A stretch of 64,000 nucleotides of DNA from an uncultured Candidatus Cloacimonadota bacterium (lineage in GTDB: Bacteria > Cloacimonadota > Cloacimonadia > Cloacimonadales > WRIO01): positions 556 through 64,555 of the forward strand of contig CAZNKI010000015.1 in the NCBI GenBank assembly GCA_964573665.1, in the 5' to 3' direction. The notes beneath the pieces are model-generated. The model was not told the origin of the DNA. It worked only from the letters and a program-made list of their open reading frames with translations, and made no database searches. Below, piece by piece: positions 36,694 to 47,700 of this stretch. Numbering within the stretch: the first letter of the stretch is position 1; every line of letters starts with the position of its first letter. A program made the translations under genes and the position numbers.

Positions 36694-37059
36694 ATGCAAA
36701 GAAGTAAAGTAGAAAAAATCGTATGGTTCGGTTCTTGGCTTGGAACATTTCTTTTTATTCTGATTTTTGCCATTATCTTTTTTATACAAAGTTATCATTT
36801 ACAAGGGATTTTATGCCTTGCCGTTTTTGCAACAGCAATGATCAGTATCTTTTTTATAAGTCCCTGGAATTATCCCAATACATATTACTGGAAATTGATG
36901 ATAATCCCTTATGTATTATTAGGGATAGGTGTTTATCTGCTGATGAAGATTTATGGAAACACGATACAAGGCAATGTCAATTGGTGGATTTATACGACAT
37001 TTATCCCGATCTTATCACCTGTCTTTACCATCGGCAGAAGAAAATGGGGAAATGAATAA
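36694..37059 (+). CDS. small multi-TM membrane protein, unknown function
   Basis: ATG at 36694 follows a GGAGGG RBS and a TTGACG-N18-TATATT promoter. Four hydrophobic helices. The track's 45-codon N-terminal extension would overlap the promoter. Confidence 0.5.
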   Translation: MQRSKVEKIVWFGSWLGTFLFILIFAIIFFIQSYHLQGILCLAVFATAMISIFFISPWNYPNTYYWKLMIIPYVLLGIGVYLLMKIYGNTIQGNVNWWIYTTFIPILSPVFTIGRRKWGNE

Positions 37060-37082
37060 ATCAGAATAAATATGGAGGAACA

Positions 37083-37265
37083 ATGGCTCATTTAATTAAA
37101 AAAGAAGAATGTATCAACTGCGGAGCGTGCGAAGCGGTTTGCCCTGTTCAATGCATTAGCGAGAAAGATTATGCAAGAATCATCGATGCAAGCGCATGTG
37201 TCGATTGTGGCGCATGTAAAAGTGTGTGTCCAGTTGCATGCATTTTAGGTGCTGATGAACAATAA
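37083..37265 (+). CDS. 2x[4Fe-4S] ferredoxin
   Basis: CINCGACEAVCP and CVDCGACKSVCP motifs. 60 aa. Confidence 0.9.
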   Translation: MAHLIKKEECINCGACEAVCPVQCISEKDYARIIDASACVDCGACKSVCPVACILGADEQ

Positions 37266-37445
37266 AGTTCTAATACTCTGATCATCAATTTATTAAAGGT
37301 CATTCTACTCAAAGAGCGATATTATCTTTTTGTGTTAGCATCAAAAGATAAGTTTGGACTTCATTAAAATACTTTATGAAGCCCTGAAATCTATGTCATT
37401 TGAAAAAAAATTGACATGAATGAACGCTTATATTAATTTGGATTT

Positions 37446-38675
37446 ATGAAGATTAAATCATTTTTAACGCTTAAATATCTTAAAGGTCGAAATCAATATT
37501 TTCTATCTCCGTCTAACTTTCTGTCCCTTTGTGGCATTGTCATCGCTGTATTTTCTTTGATTATCGTTTCCTCTGTAATGAATGGTTTTGCAGAAGATAT
37601 GACACGAAGAGTCATTGAAACAAAGGGAGAAATCAGATTTCAACATACAGATAAAAATCCGATCAGCAATTATATTGAAGTGCAAAAAGAATTATCTCAG
37701 GTCAAAGGGATAGCTTCGATTAGTCCTGTGGTCAATTGTGAATTATTGCTTAAACGAGGGCAGTTTAACGCTTATTCTCAATCCATGGGTATCAATTTAA
37801 CAGAGCATGCAAAAGTAAGCAGTTTATTGCAACGCATAAAATTGGGTAGTGTAGATAAATTTCAGTTTGATGAAAAAGGAATCATTCTTGGGGCTGACTT
37901 ATCCTATCAACTTTTTGCAACGATCGGTGACAGCGTTGAGGTTATTGCTCCTGAAGGTGCAACAATGACCGTGTTTGGCTATTTCCCAAAAATCGAGAAG
38001 CTCAAAGTAATCGGTGTTTTTTCAAGTGGTTTGCCAGAATACGACCGAAACTTGTCATATATTTCTTTGCCTTTAGCAATGGAACTAAAAAATCAGGATG
38101 GCATTGATTATTTTGAAACGCTCAGCAAAAGAAATCAATCATTGAAAATCAGCAGGCAGTTCAATCAAAATCATCCGCTTAAAACGAAATATCAGTTACA
38201 GGCTGAACATTGGAGTGAAACAGATCACTCATTATTTACAGCCATTAAAATTGAAAAAACAGCGATGTTCTTTGTAATATCATTGATGTTGATCCTGTCT
38301 GGATTTAACATTATGAATAACAATATCAGAACTGTTTCAGAGAATAAATATGACATCAGTATGTTAAAGTCAATGGGGCTTACTTCAAAAGAGATCTATC
38401 GTGTGGTATCAAACATGGGGCTCTATTTAGGGATTGCAGGAGTGATTATTGGAGAGGTGTTTGCCTTTATCATTGTTTTTACCCAAAGCAAATGGTCATG
38501 GATTCAAATTCCAATCAGTGGTTTTCCATTTACATCATTACCCATGTCATTACGTTGGCAGGATTTTCTATTTTTTGGATTTTTATCGATCATTGTCAGC
38601 TATCTGAGCGCTCTGTTGCCTGCAAAAAAAGCAATGAATTATAACATTATTCAAATGATCAGAGAAAATGAATAA
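37446..38675 (+). CDS. FtsX-family ABC permease, LolC/LolE-like
   Basis: 409 aa. One TM, a periplasmic domain and 3 TM helices, with the typical MKIKSFLTLKYLKG start. No ATPase gene is adjacent. Confidence 0.78.
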   Translation: MKIKSFLTLKYLKGRNQYFLSPSNFLSLCGIVIAVFSLIIVSSVMNGFAEDMTRRVIETKGEIRFQHTDKNPISNYIEVQKELSQVKGIASISPVVNCELLLKRGQFNAYSQSMGINLTEHAKVSSLLQRIKLGSVDKFQFDEKGIILGADLSYQLFATIGDSVEVIAPEGATMTVFGYFPKIEKLKVIGVFSSGLPEYDRNLSYISLPLAMELKNQDGIDYFETLSKRNQSLKISRQFNQNHPLKTKYQLQAEHWSETDHSLFTAIKIEKTAMFFVISLMLILSGFNIMNNNIRTVSENKYDISMLKSMGLTSKEIYRVVSNMGLYLGIAGVIIGEVFAFIIVFTQSKWSWIQIPISGFPFTSLPMSLRWQDFLFFGFLSIIVSYLSALLPAKKAMNYNIIQMIRENE

Positions 38676-38757
38676 AAGTCTTGAATCTTATTCAAAATTA
38701 TGTTAGCAAAGAATCTAATAAGATAAATTAAATCTGAAATGCTCAAAAGGAGATTTT

Positions 38758-40311
38758 ATGAGTTCAGTTAAAGAAAAACTGGAAGATTTGAAGAAAAGAG
38801 AAGCGAAAGCACTTCAAATGGGTGGACAAGAGCAGGTTGATGCTCAGCATAATAAAGGGAAATTGAGTGCCAGAGAACGATTGGATTTATTATTTGATCC
38901 TGGTACATTTCAGGAGATTGACATGTTTGTACGTCATCGCTCCTATAATTTTGGGATGGAAAAAGTGAGTATTCCTTGTGACGGCGTGATCACCGGACAT
39001 GGACTGGTCAATGGGCGTGTCGTTTTTGCCTATGCACAGGATTTTACAGCACGCGCAGGTTCTTTAGGAGAAATGCATGCCAACAAAATATGCAAAATCA
39101 TGGACTTAGCTTTAAAAGCAGGGAAACCTGTCATTGGGCTCAATGACTCAGGTGGCGCAAGAATACAGGAAGGTATCGATGCTTTATATGGTTATGGCAA
39201 TATATTCTTCCGTAATTCAAGAGCTTCAGGTGTGATTCCTCAAATTTCTGCGATTATGGGACCTTGCGCAGGTGGAGCAGTATATTCACCAGCGATGACT
39301 GACTTTGTATATATGGTAAAAAACAGCAGTTTTATGTTTATCACTGGACCAGATGTCATTCGTGCGGTCACAGGCGAAGAAACGACACAGGAAGAACTTG
39401 GTGGAGCAATGGCACATAATGCAAAGAGTGGTAATGCTCATTTTGCCTGTGAAGATGATGCGCATTGTATCGAAGAAATAAAAGTTTTACTAAGTTATTT
39501 GCCTTCATGCAACATGGAAGAAGCGCCTCTTATTCCGACTCAGGATTCAGCAAAGAGAGTTTGCACTGAATTGGACAGCATCATTCCTGATAATCCAAAA
39601 TTAGGCTACGACATGAAAGATGTCCTTCATTCCTGTTTAGATGAAGGATCATTTTATGAAGTACATACCCATTATGCGACAAATGTTATTGTTGGATTCG
39701 GCAGATTAAATGGACGTTCTGTTGGTATTATTGCCAATCAGCCATTAGTTCTTGCAGGTTGTCTTGATATTGATGCATCAGATAAGGCATCCCGATTTAT
39801 CAGAACCTGTGATGCGTTTAATATCCCGATTATCAGCTTTGTTGACGTTCCAGGATATCTTCCAGGCACGCATCAGGAATGGGCTGGAATTATCCGTCAT
39901 GGCGCAAAATTACTTTGGGTTTACTCTGAAGCTACTGTTCCAAAATTAACCGTCGTCACTCGTAAAAACTATGGCGGATCATATATTGCGATGAGTTCAA
40001 AACATTTAGGTGCAGATTTTGTATTTGCTTGGCCAACCTCCGAGATTGCTGTTATGGGTGCACAGGGTGCTGCAAATATCATTTACAGAAAAGACATCAC
40101 TACGGCAGAAAATCCAGCTGAAAAACGTCAGGAAAAAATCAAAGAATATGAAGATTTATTTTCCAATCCATACATTGCAGCAGAACGCGGTTATGTAGAT
40201 GCTGTGATCATGCCTTCAGATACAAGAATCAGACTCATTGCCGCATTGGAAGCGATGTCAGGCAAGTCAGAGCTGATGCCTCCAAAAAAACATGGCAATG
40301 TGCCATTATAG
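38758..40311 (+). CDS. methylmalonyl-CoA carboxyltransferase / acyl-CoA carboxylase beta (12S-type) subunit
   Basis: 517 aa. The N-terminal block GKLSARERLDLLFDPGTFQEID and duplicated crotonase-like CT domains (GGARIQEG ..., GIIRHGAKLL) are typical of MmdA/PccB. Confidence 0.92.
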   Translation: MSSVKEKLEDLKKREAKALQMGGQEQVDAQHNKGKLSARERLDLLFDPGTFQEIDMFVRHRSYNFGMEKVSIPCDGVITGHGLVNGRVVFAYAQDFTARAGSLGEMHANKICKIMDLALKAGKPVIGLNDSGGARIQEGIDALYGYGNIFFRNSRASGVIPQISAIMGPCAGGAVYSPAMTDFVYMVKNSSFMFITGPDVIRAVTGEETTQEELGGAMAHNAKSGNAHFACEDDAHCIEEIKVLLSYLPSCNMEEAPLIPTQDSAKRVCTELDSIIPDNPKLGYDMKDVLHSCLDEGSFYEVHTHYATNVIVGFGRLNGRSVGIIANQPLVLAGCLDIDASDKASRFIRTCDAFNIPIISFVDVPGYLPGTHQEWAGIIRHGAKLLWVYSEATVPKLTVVTRKNYGGSYIAMSSKHLGADFVFAWPTSEIAVMGAQGAANIIYRKDITTAENPAEKRQEKIKEYEDLFSNPYIAAERGYVDAVIMPSDTRIRLIAALEAMSGKSELMPPKKHGNVPL

Positions 40312-40323
40312 GATGGAGCTCAC

Positions 40324-40518
40324 ATGAAAGATAATAAAGAATTAAAACAAAAAGCTGCTCTTGCGGCAGTGATGATGTTTATAGATGAAGAAATGGCAAA
40401 ACAAAGCCAGTGCAATCAGAATAATAACGACCCGTCTTTCAGTTCATGGGGACAATATGGAAGACAAGCGATCATGAGTAATCGTGGGATGATGCAATTA
40501 AGATTGAGAAAGAGATAG
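40324..40518 (+). CDS. small protein between carboxyltransferase subunits (possible accessory subunit)
   Basis: 64 aa with a GGAG RBS. The position is analogous to the small delta/epsilon or OadG-like subunits, but I recognise no motif. Confidence 0.4.
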   Translation: MKDNKELKQKAALAAVMMFIDEEMAKQSQCNQNNNDPSFSSWGQYGRQAIMSNRGMMQLRLRKR

Positions 40519-40529
40519 ATGGAGGAAGA

Positions 40530-42485
40530 ATGAGTGACAATCACGGCACTGTAAAAATGACCGCAATGAATTACTCAGCAGATAGAGCCAAGGCTGAGCA
40601 TCCAATAAAAATACAAGATGTCAGTTTTAGAGACGGTCATCAGTCAATCTATGCCACACGTGGCAGAACTGAAGACATGATCCCAACAGCAGAAATGATG
40701 GATCAGGTAGGATTTCATTCAATGGAAGTTTGGGGTGGTGCAACATTTGATACCATGCATCGCTTTTTAAATGAAGATCCATGGGATAGAATTAAAACTT
40801 TAAAGAAATACATCAAAAAAACTCCTTTTTCCATGTTACTTCGTGGACAAAATCTTGTCGGTTATCGTAATTATGCAGACGATATCGTTGAAACATTTGT
40901 CGATCGGGCATGTGCAAATGGTATTGATATATTCAGAGTTTTTGATGCTTTAAATGACTTTAGAAACTTTGAGACCTGTGTCAAAGTAATCAAGAAAAAC
41001 CAGAAACATTTCCAGGCAACCATTTGCTATTCACTTACTGAACAGAGAATGGGTGGCGATATTTACAATCTTGATTATTATCTTGAAAAAGCAAAAATAT
41101 TAGAACAAATGGGTGCTGACAGTATCTGTATCAAAGATATGGCAGGCCTTGTAGCTCCTTACGATGCTTATAACTTAGTCAAAGGCTTAAAAGAAACTGT
41201 AAAAGTCCCTATTCATTTACATACGCATTTCACATCAGGAATGGGTGATTTAGCGCTGTTTAAAGCAATAGAAGCAGGTGTCGACGTGATTGATACTTGT
41301 ATGGCTCCTTATGCTTATCGCACGTCACATGCAGCAGTTGAACCTTTAGTCATTTCTTTATTAGGTACCAATAGAGATACTGGATTTGATATTAATTTAC
41401 TCAATAAAATTGATGAAGAATTAGAAAAAATTACTCCAAAATACAAACACTTATTAGATAACTCAAAAACTGCAATTATTGACACAAATGTGATCATTCA
41501 TCAGACGCCTGGTGGAATGATTTCAAATCTTGTCAGTCAATTACGCGCAATGGGTGCTGAAGATAAACTTGAGCAGGTTTATGCTCAATTACCTGGAGTA
41601 CGAAAAGACTTAGGAATGATTCCGCTTGTAACACCAACCAGTCAAATCGTTGGTATTCAGACAGTGAATAATGTACTTTTTGACAAAGAATTAGGGGAAT
41701 ATTCTCGCATTACCAATGAAGTCAAAGATCTTTGCTATGGCTTGTATGGAAAAACAACCCGTGAGATGAACCCTGAAGTGCAGAAAAAAGGCTTAAAAGG
41801 CTATGTAAGAGGAGAAGAACCAATTACCTGCCGTCCGGGTGATGTATTAAACCCTGAAATGCCTGAAGTCAAAGAAAAAGCAAAAGGACTGGCAAAAAAC
41901 ATCGATGATGAACTCATTGTTGCCTTGTATCCTTTAACAGGTATTCGTTTCTTAAAATGGAAATATGGCATTGAAGAAGTGCCAGAAGAAGCTAAAGCGA
42001 AATCAATGGAACAGGTCAAAGCAGAAGATGAGCTTGTAAGAAAAGCTTTAGCTGGAGATGTCGTTGAAAAACCTAAAAAAGATAAACCTGAAAATGTTAA
42101 AGCCTTTGACGTATTTATTGATGGAGAATATTTTAAGGTAGAGGTTGCCGTTCCTGATGGATTCAATCCTGCTCCTGTCCGCAATGTCCCTCAGATCAAC
42201 CGACCTGCTGCCGCTGCACCAGTAAAAACATCTGCTCCAGCAGCAACACCTTCTGTTGCTTTAGCTGACGGTCAACATGGAATTGTTGCGCCAATGCCAG
42301 GCATGATTGTCTCTTACGAGAAAAAAGAAGGTGATGCAGTCAAAGCAGGAGATACTGTGGTTATCTTAGAAGCGATGAAAATGAACAACAACTTAACAGC
42401 TCCATGCGATGGCGTGATTAAGTCTATCCCTAAAAAAGCAGGAGACAGTGTCGGTAAAAACGATGTACTCTGCATCATCGAATAA
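40530..42485 (+). CDS. oxaloacetate decarboxylase alpha / transcarboxylase 5S-type subunit fused to a biotin carboxyl carrier domain
   Basis: HMGL-like N-terminus (IQDVSFRDGHQS), an Ala/Pro-rich linker (PAAAAPVKTSAPAATPS) and a biotinyl-lysine motif EAMKMNN. Confidence 0.9.
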   Translation: MSDNHGTVKMTAMNYSADRAKAEHPIKIQDVSFRDGHQSIYATRGRTEDMIPTAEMMDQVGFHSMEVWGGATFDTMHRFLNEDPWDRIKTLKKYIKKTPFSMLLRGQNLVGYRNYADDIVETFVDRACANGIDIFRVFDALNDFRNFETCVKVIKKNQKHFQATICYSLTEQRMGGDIYNLDYYLEKAKILEQMGADSICIKDMAGLVAPYDAYNLVKGLKETVKVPIHLHTHFTSGMGDLALFKAIEAGVDVIDTCMAPYAYRTSHAAVEPLVISLLGTNRDTGFDINLLNKIDEELEKITPKYKHLLDNSKTAIIDTNVIIHQTPGGMISNLVSQLRAMGAEDKLEQVYAQLPGVRKDLGMIPLVTPTSQIVGIQTVNNVLFDKELGEYSRITNEVKDLCYGLYGKTTREMNPEVQKKGLKGYVRGEEPITCRPGDVLNPEMPEVKEKAKGLAKNIDDELIVALYPLTGIRFLKWKYGIEEVPEEAKAKSMEQVKAEDELVRKALAGDVVEKPKKDKPENVKAFDVFIDGEYFKVEVAVPDGFNPAPVRNVPQINRPAAAAPVKTSAPAATPSVALADGQHGIVAPMPGMIVSYEKKEGDAVKAGDTVVILEAMKMNNNLTAPCDGVIKSIPKKAGDSVGKNDVLCIIE

Positions 42486-42537
42486 AATATGATAATGTAG
42501 ATGTCAGCATCTACGATATCTTAAAATTAATAGTTTA

Positions 42538-42569
42538 AAGAGACGTACGCATGTGCGTCTCTTGTTTTA
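42538..42569 (+). terminator. rho-independent terminator AGAGACG-ACGCA-TG-TGCGT-CTCT followed by TTGTTTT
   Basis: GC-rich hairpin plus a T-tract, about 50 nt after the stop of the 40530-42485 gene. Confidence 0.7.
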
Positions 42570-42616
42570 TTAAGCGTTGGGACTTCTTGATGAACAATAT
42601 GAGAGCTTTGAATTAG

Positions 42617-42711
42617 TATGGAGCCGGCTCGGCTCGAGCCGTAAATGCCGATTAATAAAGGACTCAATAAATAAGAAATCACCCTTTTTCTTCTACATCA
42701 AAGTTCTCAAT
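42617..42711 (+). repeat. ~94-nt intergenic repeat unit, copy 1 (starts with the 25-nt GC-rich palindromic element)
   Basis: 42617-42641 is identical to 30072-30096. The whole unit aligns at roughly 70 percent (by eye) with 42777-42869. Confidence 0.7.
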
Positions 42712-42776
42712 ATGCAAAAAATCAAGTTCTCAATCTGATAATTCATAATAATGAACAAGAGAACTATTCATAAGTC

Positions 42777-42869
42777 ATGGAGATGACTCTGATCAAACTG
42801 TAAATGCTGATTAATAAAAAATCCAATGTTTTGAAAAGACTTTTATTCTTCTAAATCTAAGCTCTCATT
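42777..42869 (+). repeat. ~93-nt intergenic repeat unit, copy 2 (palindromic core decayed), abutting the hepT stop codon
   Basis: Shared blocks ATGGAG, GTAAATGC[CT]GATTAATAAA and TTCTTCTA[CA]ATC[AT]AAG[TC]TCTCA. Confidence 0.6.
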
Positions 42870-43212
42870 AATTTTCAAGAAGTATCGTTTCAATGTCTTC
42901 TTTTAAATATGGCAAATAAATGCAGATAACATCCCAAAGTAAAGAATAGTCGATACCGAAATAATGATGGATTAATCGATCTCTCATACGGGCAATATTC
43001 TTCCAATTAGTTTGTGGATATTGGTCTGTCACATCATTAGGTATGTTTTTTACTGCTTCTCCAATGATTTCAATACTTCTGACAAAAGCTCTTTTAAGAA
43101 TCTCATTGGAAATAAATTGATCATAAGTTAAGTCTTGACTATTTTTTTCAATAAAAATAATCTCATCCATAATATGTTTTGAATATTCTTTATAATTCTT
43201 CATAAATGACAT
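42868..43212 (-). CDS. hepT: HepT (DUF86) RNase toxin of a type VII toxin-antitoxin pair
   Basis: Rx4HxY active-site motif (RDRLIHHY). 114 aa. Overlaps the upstream nucleotidyltransferase gene by 23 nt. Confidence 0.85.
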   Translation of the reverse strand: MSFMKNYKEYSKHIMDEIIFIEKNSQDLTYDQFISNEILKRAFVRSIEIIGEAVKNIPNDVTDQYPQTNWKNIARMRDRLIHHYFGIDYSLLWDVICIYLPYLKEDIETILLEN

Positions 43213-43495
43213 CTTTTTCGATATATTCTTTTAAATAAGGACTAATTGATTCAGGGGTCAAAATATCTAAAGACTTATTTAGAAGTCTTTCAAGAATATC
43301 ATAAATTCTCATATAATTATCAATATTCTTTTTCCCTTGGCTAAATTCTAAAATCAGATCAATATCACTGTTTTCTGTTTGATCATTGCGTGAATATGAA
43401 CCAAATAATCCAATTCTTTCTAAACCATTGTCTTTCAATTCTTTTCTATTCTGACGAATGGTCATAAAGATTGTATGACGATCCATTAAATCCAC
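43190..43495 (-). CDS. mntA: MntA minimal nucleotidyltransferase antitoxin
   Basis: GSxxR ... SDIDL motif (GLFGSYSRNDQTENSDIDLILE). 101 aa. Confidence 0.85.
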   Translation of the reverse strand: MDLMDRHTIFMTIRQNRKELKDNGLERIGLFGSYSRNDQTENSDIDLILEFSQGKKNIDNYMRIYDILERLLNKSLDILTPESISPYLKEYIEKDVIYEEL

Positions 43496-43672
43496 CTTTT
43501 TGATTTTTTTTTCAATATATGAAATCAGATGCCCTTGTCAATATCTTTTTGTTCTGAGAGTTATAAATGATCAAATCATACTCAATTATGAGGTAAAAAC
43601 CTATTTATCAAAGAAAAGATAGATTTTGTAGCATATTTCTTATAACTACTTATTTTATTTTCAGGAGGAACA

Positions 43673-44158
43673 ATGAAAAAAGAAATATACGATTTTGTTG
43701 TTAAAGATATCAATCTGGAATCTCAAAGTCTTGCACAGTTCAAAAACCAGGTACTCTTAATCGTCAATACAGCGAGTAATTGCGGATTCTCGGGTCAGTA
43801 TGAAGGACTTGAAAAACTATATAAACACTATAAAGATCGCGGATTCACCGTATTAGGATTTCCCTGCAATCAATTCAATCATCAGGAGCCAGGCGATGAA
43901 CAGGAAATTAAGAACTTCTGCAAACTAAAATATGATGTCAGCTTCCCCCTTTTTGCAAAAATTGAGGTTAAAGGAGAGCATCAGGAACCTCTTTTTGCCT
44001 TTTTAACTGAAGAGAAAAAAGGTTTGTTTGGAAGTAAAGAAATTAAGTGGAATTTCACAAAATTTCTGATCAGCCGAGAAGGTAAGGTTGTTAAAAGATA
44101 TGCACCGACTACTCCACCTGAAGCGATAATCAAAGATATTGAAAAATTCCTTTTATAA
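43673..44158 (+). CDS. glutathione peroxidase (Cys-type)
   Basis: NTASNCGF active-site block, LGFPCNQFNHQEPG and WNFTKFLI motifs. Confidence 0.9.
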   Translation: MKKEIYDFVVKDINLESQSLAQFKNQVLLIVNTASNCGFSGQYEGLEKLYKHYKDRGFTVLGFPCNQFNHQEPGDEQEIKNFCKLKYDVSFPLFAKIEVKGEHQEPLFAFLTEEKKGLFGSKEIKWNFTKFLISREGKVVKRYAPTTPPEAIIKDIEKFLL

Positions 44159-44309
44159 AACAATTTCAATGCCTTCAGTACTCCTTCTTCATATTCAAGG
44201 GAAGATTTTTTTAGTGAATTTTATCTATTTGCTGTTTTGGGAGAAACATAAAAAAATAAATTGACTTTTTAATAAATCTGTCTTATAAATTGAATTAGAG
44301 GGAGTATTC

Positions 44310-44705
44310 ATGGAACTGATGCAAAATGATTTTAATGAAGAGATCAGGGAGCTATCGACTCAGCTAAAAGATGCCCTGAACATGGAAGATGAGCTTCAAA
44401 AGGCTTTGAAAACGCATGATTCAGAAAAGGCTAAAGTCTGTCAGGCAACTTTACTACATCTTTACAGGATCTTTTCCTACAAAATCTATCATTTACTTGA
44501 ACAGCATCTCACTGACCTTGATAGCTTGCTCGAAACTATAAAAAAAATGCAGAGTCAACTGAAGTCAGATGATCTGAGCTTGATCAGCCTTGAAAAAAAC
44601 AATAGAGAACTCTACCTCGATAAAATTATCACAGAATTTTCAAGATACTATGAAAAAACAGGACAAAACTCAAAATCTCTCTGGAATTTAAAAGAGATTA
44701 AGTAA
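44310..44705 (+). CDS. hypothetical coiled-coil protein
   Basis: 131 aa, all-helical composition, GGAG RBS and a TTGACT-N17-TATAAA promoter upstream. No family recognised. Confidence 0.45.
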   Translation: MELMQNDFNEEIRELSTQLKDALNMEDELQKALKTHDSEKAKVCQATLLHLYRIFSYKIYHLLEQHLTDLDSLLETIKKMQSQLKSDDLSLISLEKNNRELYLDKIITEFSRYYEKTGQNSKSLWNLKEIK

Positions 44706-44734
44706 ACTCATTACTATTTAACAGTTTAATATCT

Positions 44735-47700
44735 CTACTTTAAAAGCATCATTTTTTTTGTTAGTAAATTCTTCCCTGCTTTCAATCTATAAAAGTAAAT
44801 CCCTGATGACACTTGATGACCAAGATCATCTTTGCCCTGCCAAATGATCTGATGAATACCTTTTTCTAGTTTGTTACTTAAAAGCGTTTTTACCTTTTGA
44901 CCTTTTATATTGAATATTTCCAAACGAACATCTTCCTCATTTTCGATTTCAAAATTAATCCTTGTTTCTGGATTAAATGGATTCGGATAGTTTCCTAATA
45001 GCCTCGTCTTACTTTCACTAACAAGTGTTTCGGTTGTTGTTGCTGGACTTAAAGAACTAAGAATTTTGAAATTATCAATAAGCAATCGACTTGGTAAGGG
45101 GCTATTATAATGCCTGAAAGCAATATATACAATTCTCCCCGCATAATCATTTAAAATTGCATTGAAACCAGTTGTTCGGTTGATATCTATTACTTCAAAA
45201 TTTGACAAAACTTCATCATTGAAATGAGATATTGGACTATCTGGAGAGTAGATCAAAACAGAATAAATCGAATCATAAAGACTTGGGTAACCTGATAATT
45301 TAAAGTTTAACTCATACAAAAAATTTGCTTCAAGTATTATAGGAGGACTTATCAGCCAGTTATCTGTATTAACGATGCCAATATTTGAATAATAATTAAT
45401 TGAGGATACAAAATCACTTTCTAATATGGGAATCTCATTCATATTACCTATTGTCCAATTATAATTGTTATCATCAAGAGAATAAACGGTCCAGTTGGAA
45501 GACACAAAATCAAAATAGTTAAAATCTTCAGAAAAATGAATTCTGCATCTTTGTAATGTGATTAGAGGATGAACATAACCCGTACTGTCAATTCGAACAT
45601 TTTCCTCAATATAAAGCAGAAAATTATCCTTTTTGACTATTATTTTATAATTTCCAATTCTAACTGAATTGAAGTTTTCAAATTCATCAGTCAATTCTGA
45701 ACTATGATTGTGAGTATAATTGCCATCATTATTAATCAAGTAGATTCTAGATCCAATTGGTGTTTGTCCAGTTGATGTGGCAATTTGAAAAGTAGCATCT
45801 ACTAACATTTTGTATTCTGCAATATTTGAATAATAAATATCAGATACCTGTCCATTTTCATAAAGTGCTCTAATAGCAAATCTATATTCTCCAGCTGGAT
45901 AAGAATTCATATTATAAGTAAATTGCGGACCACTGATGTTTGAAGCAATCTCTATCCACGTTTCTGGATTACTTTGAGTAACATTATTCATCATCCATAT
46001 CTGAAAACCAGTGATCTCTCTGTCAGAAATTTTATTTGAGTCTTTGCTTAAATGAGTTGAAGCTATACTTTTATTTGATAATACCTCTGATCTTTGATCA
46101 GAGTTGAGAATACTCCATTGAAGAGTGATATGGTTATTATAAGAATAAGCATGTATATTTATGGGTCTTGAAATGTCTTCTTGAAGCATGATTGGAGATA
46201 GTATTAAATTTGAGGATTCTGTATTGATAAATAATGTGTCTGAAATATATCCTGATTTCGATAATATCATTGCGTATGATTGGTATGAATAAACTGAGGG
46301 TAGCATAAATGTTCCATTATCTAAACTTGTAGTTTGATATTCTCCATAACCATCTAACTTTACTAACACTTGCGATAATCCCATCTCTGTATCTGATGCA
46401 TTCACCTGACCTGAAATACTAATTGTCCCCAAGATATCAAGAGAAGCATTGATGGTATAAGTTGAATCTGCCGATATAGTCACGTCAGATATCTGTTGAG
46501 AAGAATACCCATGTTTTGAAAATGAAAGATCTACATTATGAAGATTAATATTATTAATCTGATAGTAACCTTCAGAATTTGAAATCGTACTTTTATGTGT
46601 TCCTGATATTGTTATATCTGCTCCTTCAAGAGGTAATCCATTGGATGTAATAACACCATTTATGTTACCATATCCAACTGTGTTAAATGATAAACTAATA
46701 TTTGGAATTGCATTGATATGATAAAAAGAATTAGATTCATCTATTTCAAATAAATCGTATGAGCTATAAAATGCCATTCGATTTAATGAGTGTGGGTCAT
46801 TAGTATATTTAAACGCTATATTGTTAGAATTATTGTTATTGTATGTTTGAATCATGATGACTATTTGATGACCTTCATAAACGAAGGGTTGCATAAAATC
46901 TATAATGATTTGATCTGGTTGATCTTCAAAATACTTTATTATGCCATCATAAACCAGGCTAAACTCACTGAAAGGTAAAACATTTAAGTCATTAAAGGAA
47001 TCTATTGTTGTATTTGCCATCCATACTTTCAGTGGGATGTTTAATTGAGGATTTATCTGATATTCTGAGAAATAGCTAATCGATGATATGGTATTGCCTG
47101 GGCTTAAGTGATATTGATCGTTAAGCTCTTGTTCTAAATAAATACATTGAGAGGTACTACTGTTAGCACTCAAGTTCAAAAGACAATCATTATTATGATA
47201 TGGAGTAAATATGTCTCCTATGAATATATCTGAATAATCAGGATTCACTTCAAGGCTAATAGATAAATTACTTGGTTCTTCTTGAACAATATACTGTTCA
47301 ATCTTATAAACGCGATATCCCTCTTTATCAGCTGTGATCTGATAAGATTGACCTACATAGAGAGATGGTATTATAAATTGTCCTTGATTATCTGTATAAA
47401 TTTCATAGAAATCTAAACCTAATACTCGTATTCTTACACCACTGAGTTCTGTGAAACCATTATCTCGAACAACCCCAGTCAATGAGACTGTAGGAGCTCT
47501 GAATATCTCTATATTATTTACGACAGTTTCATTGTTAATAAGTGAAATATTGCCAATATTTTGCGAGATATATCCAGCTTTAGATATATTCAATGATATA
47601 AGATTTTCTCTTAAATATTTTATTTCATAGTATCCGAGACTATCAGTTAACGCATTTCGATTTGTGCCCTCAATTGATACTTTCACCCCTTCTACAGGCT

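Noticed and set aside
43673-44158. Possible selenocysteine (in-frame TGA) in glutathione peroxidase
   Set aside because: The active-site position is encoded as Cys (ASNCGF), and the ORF is uninterrupted. I looked for no SECIS element because none is needed.
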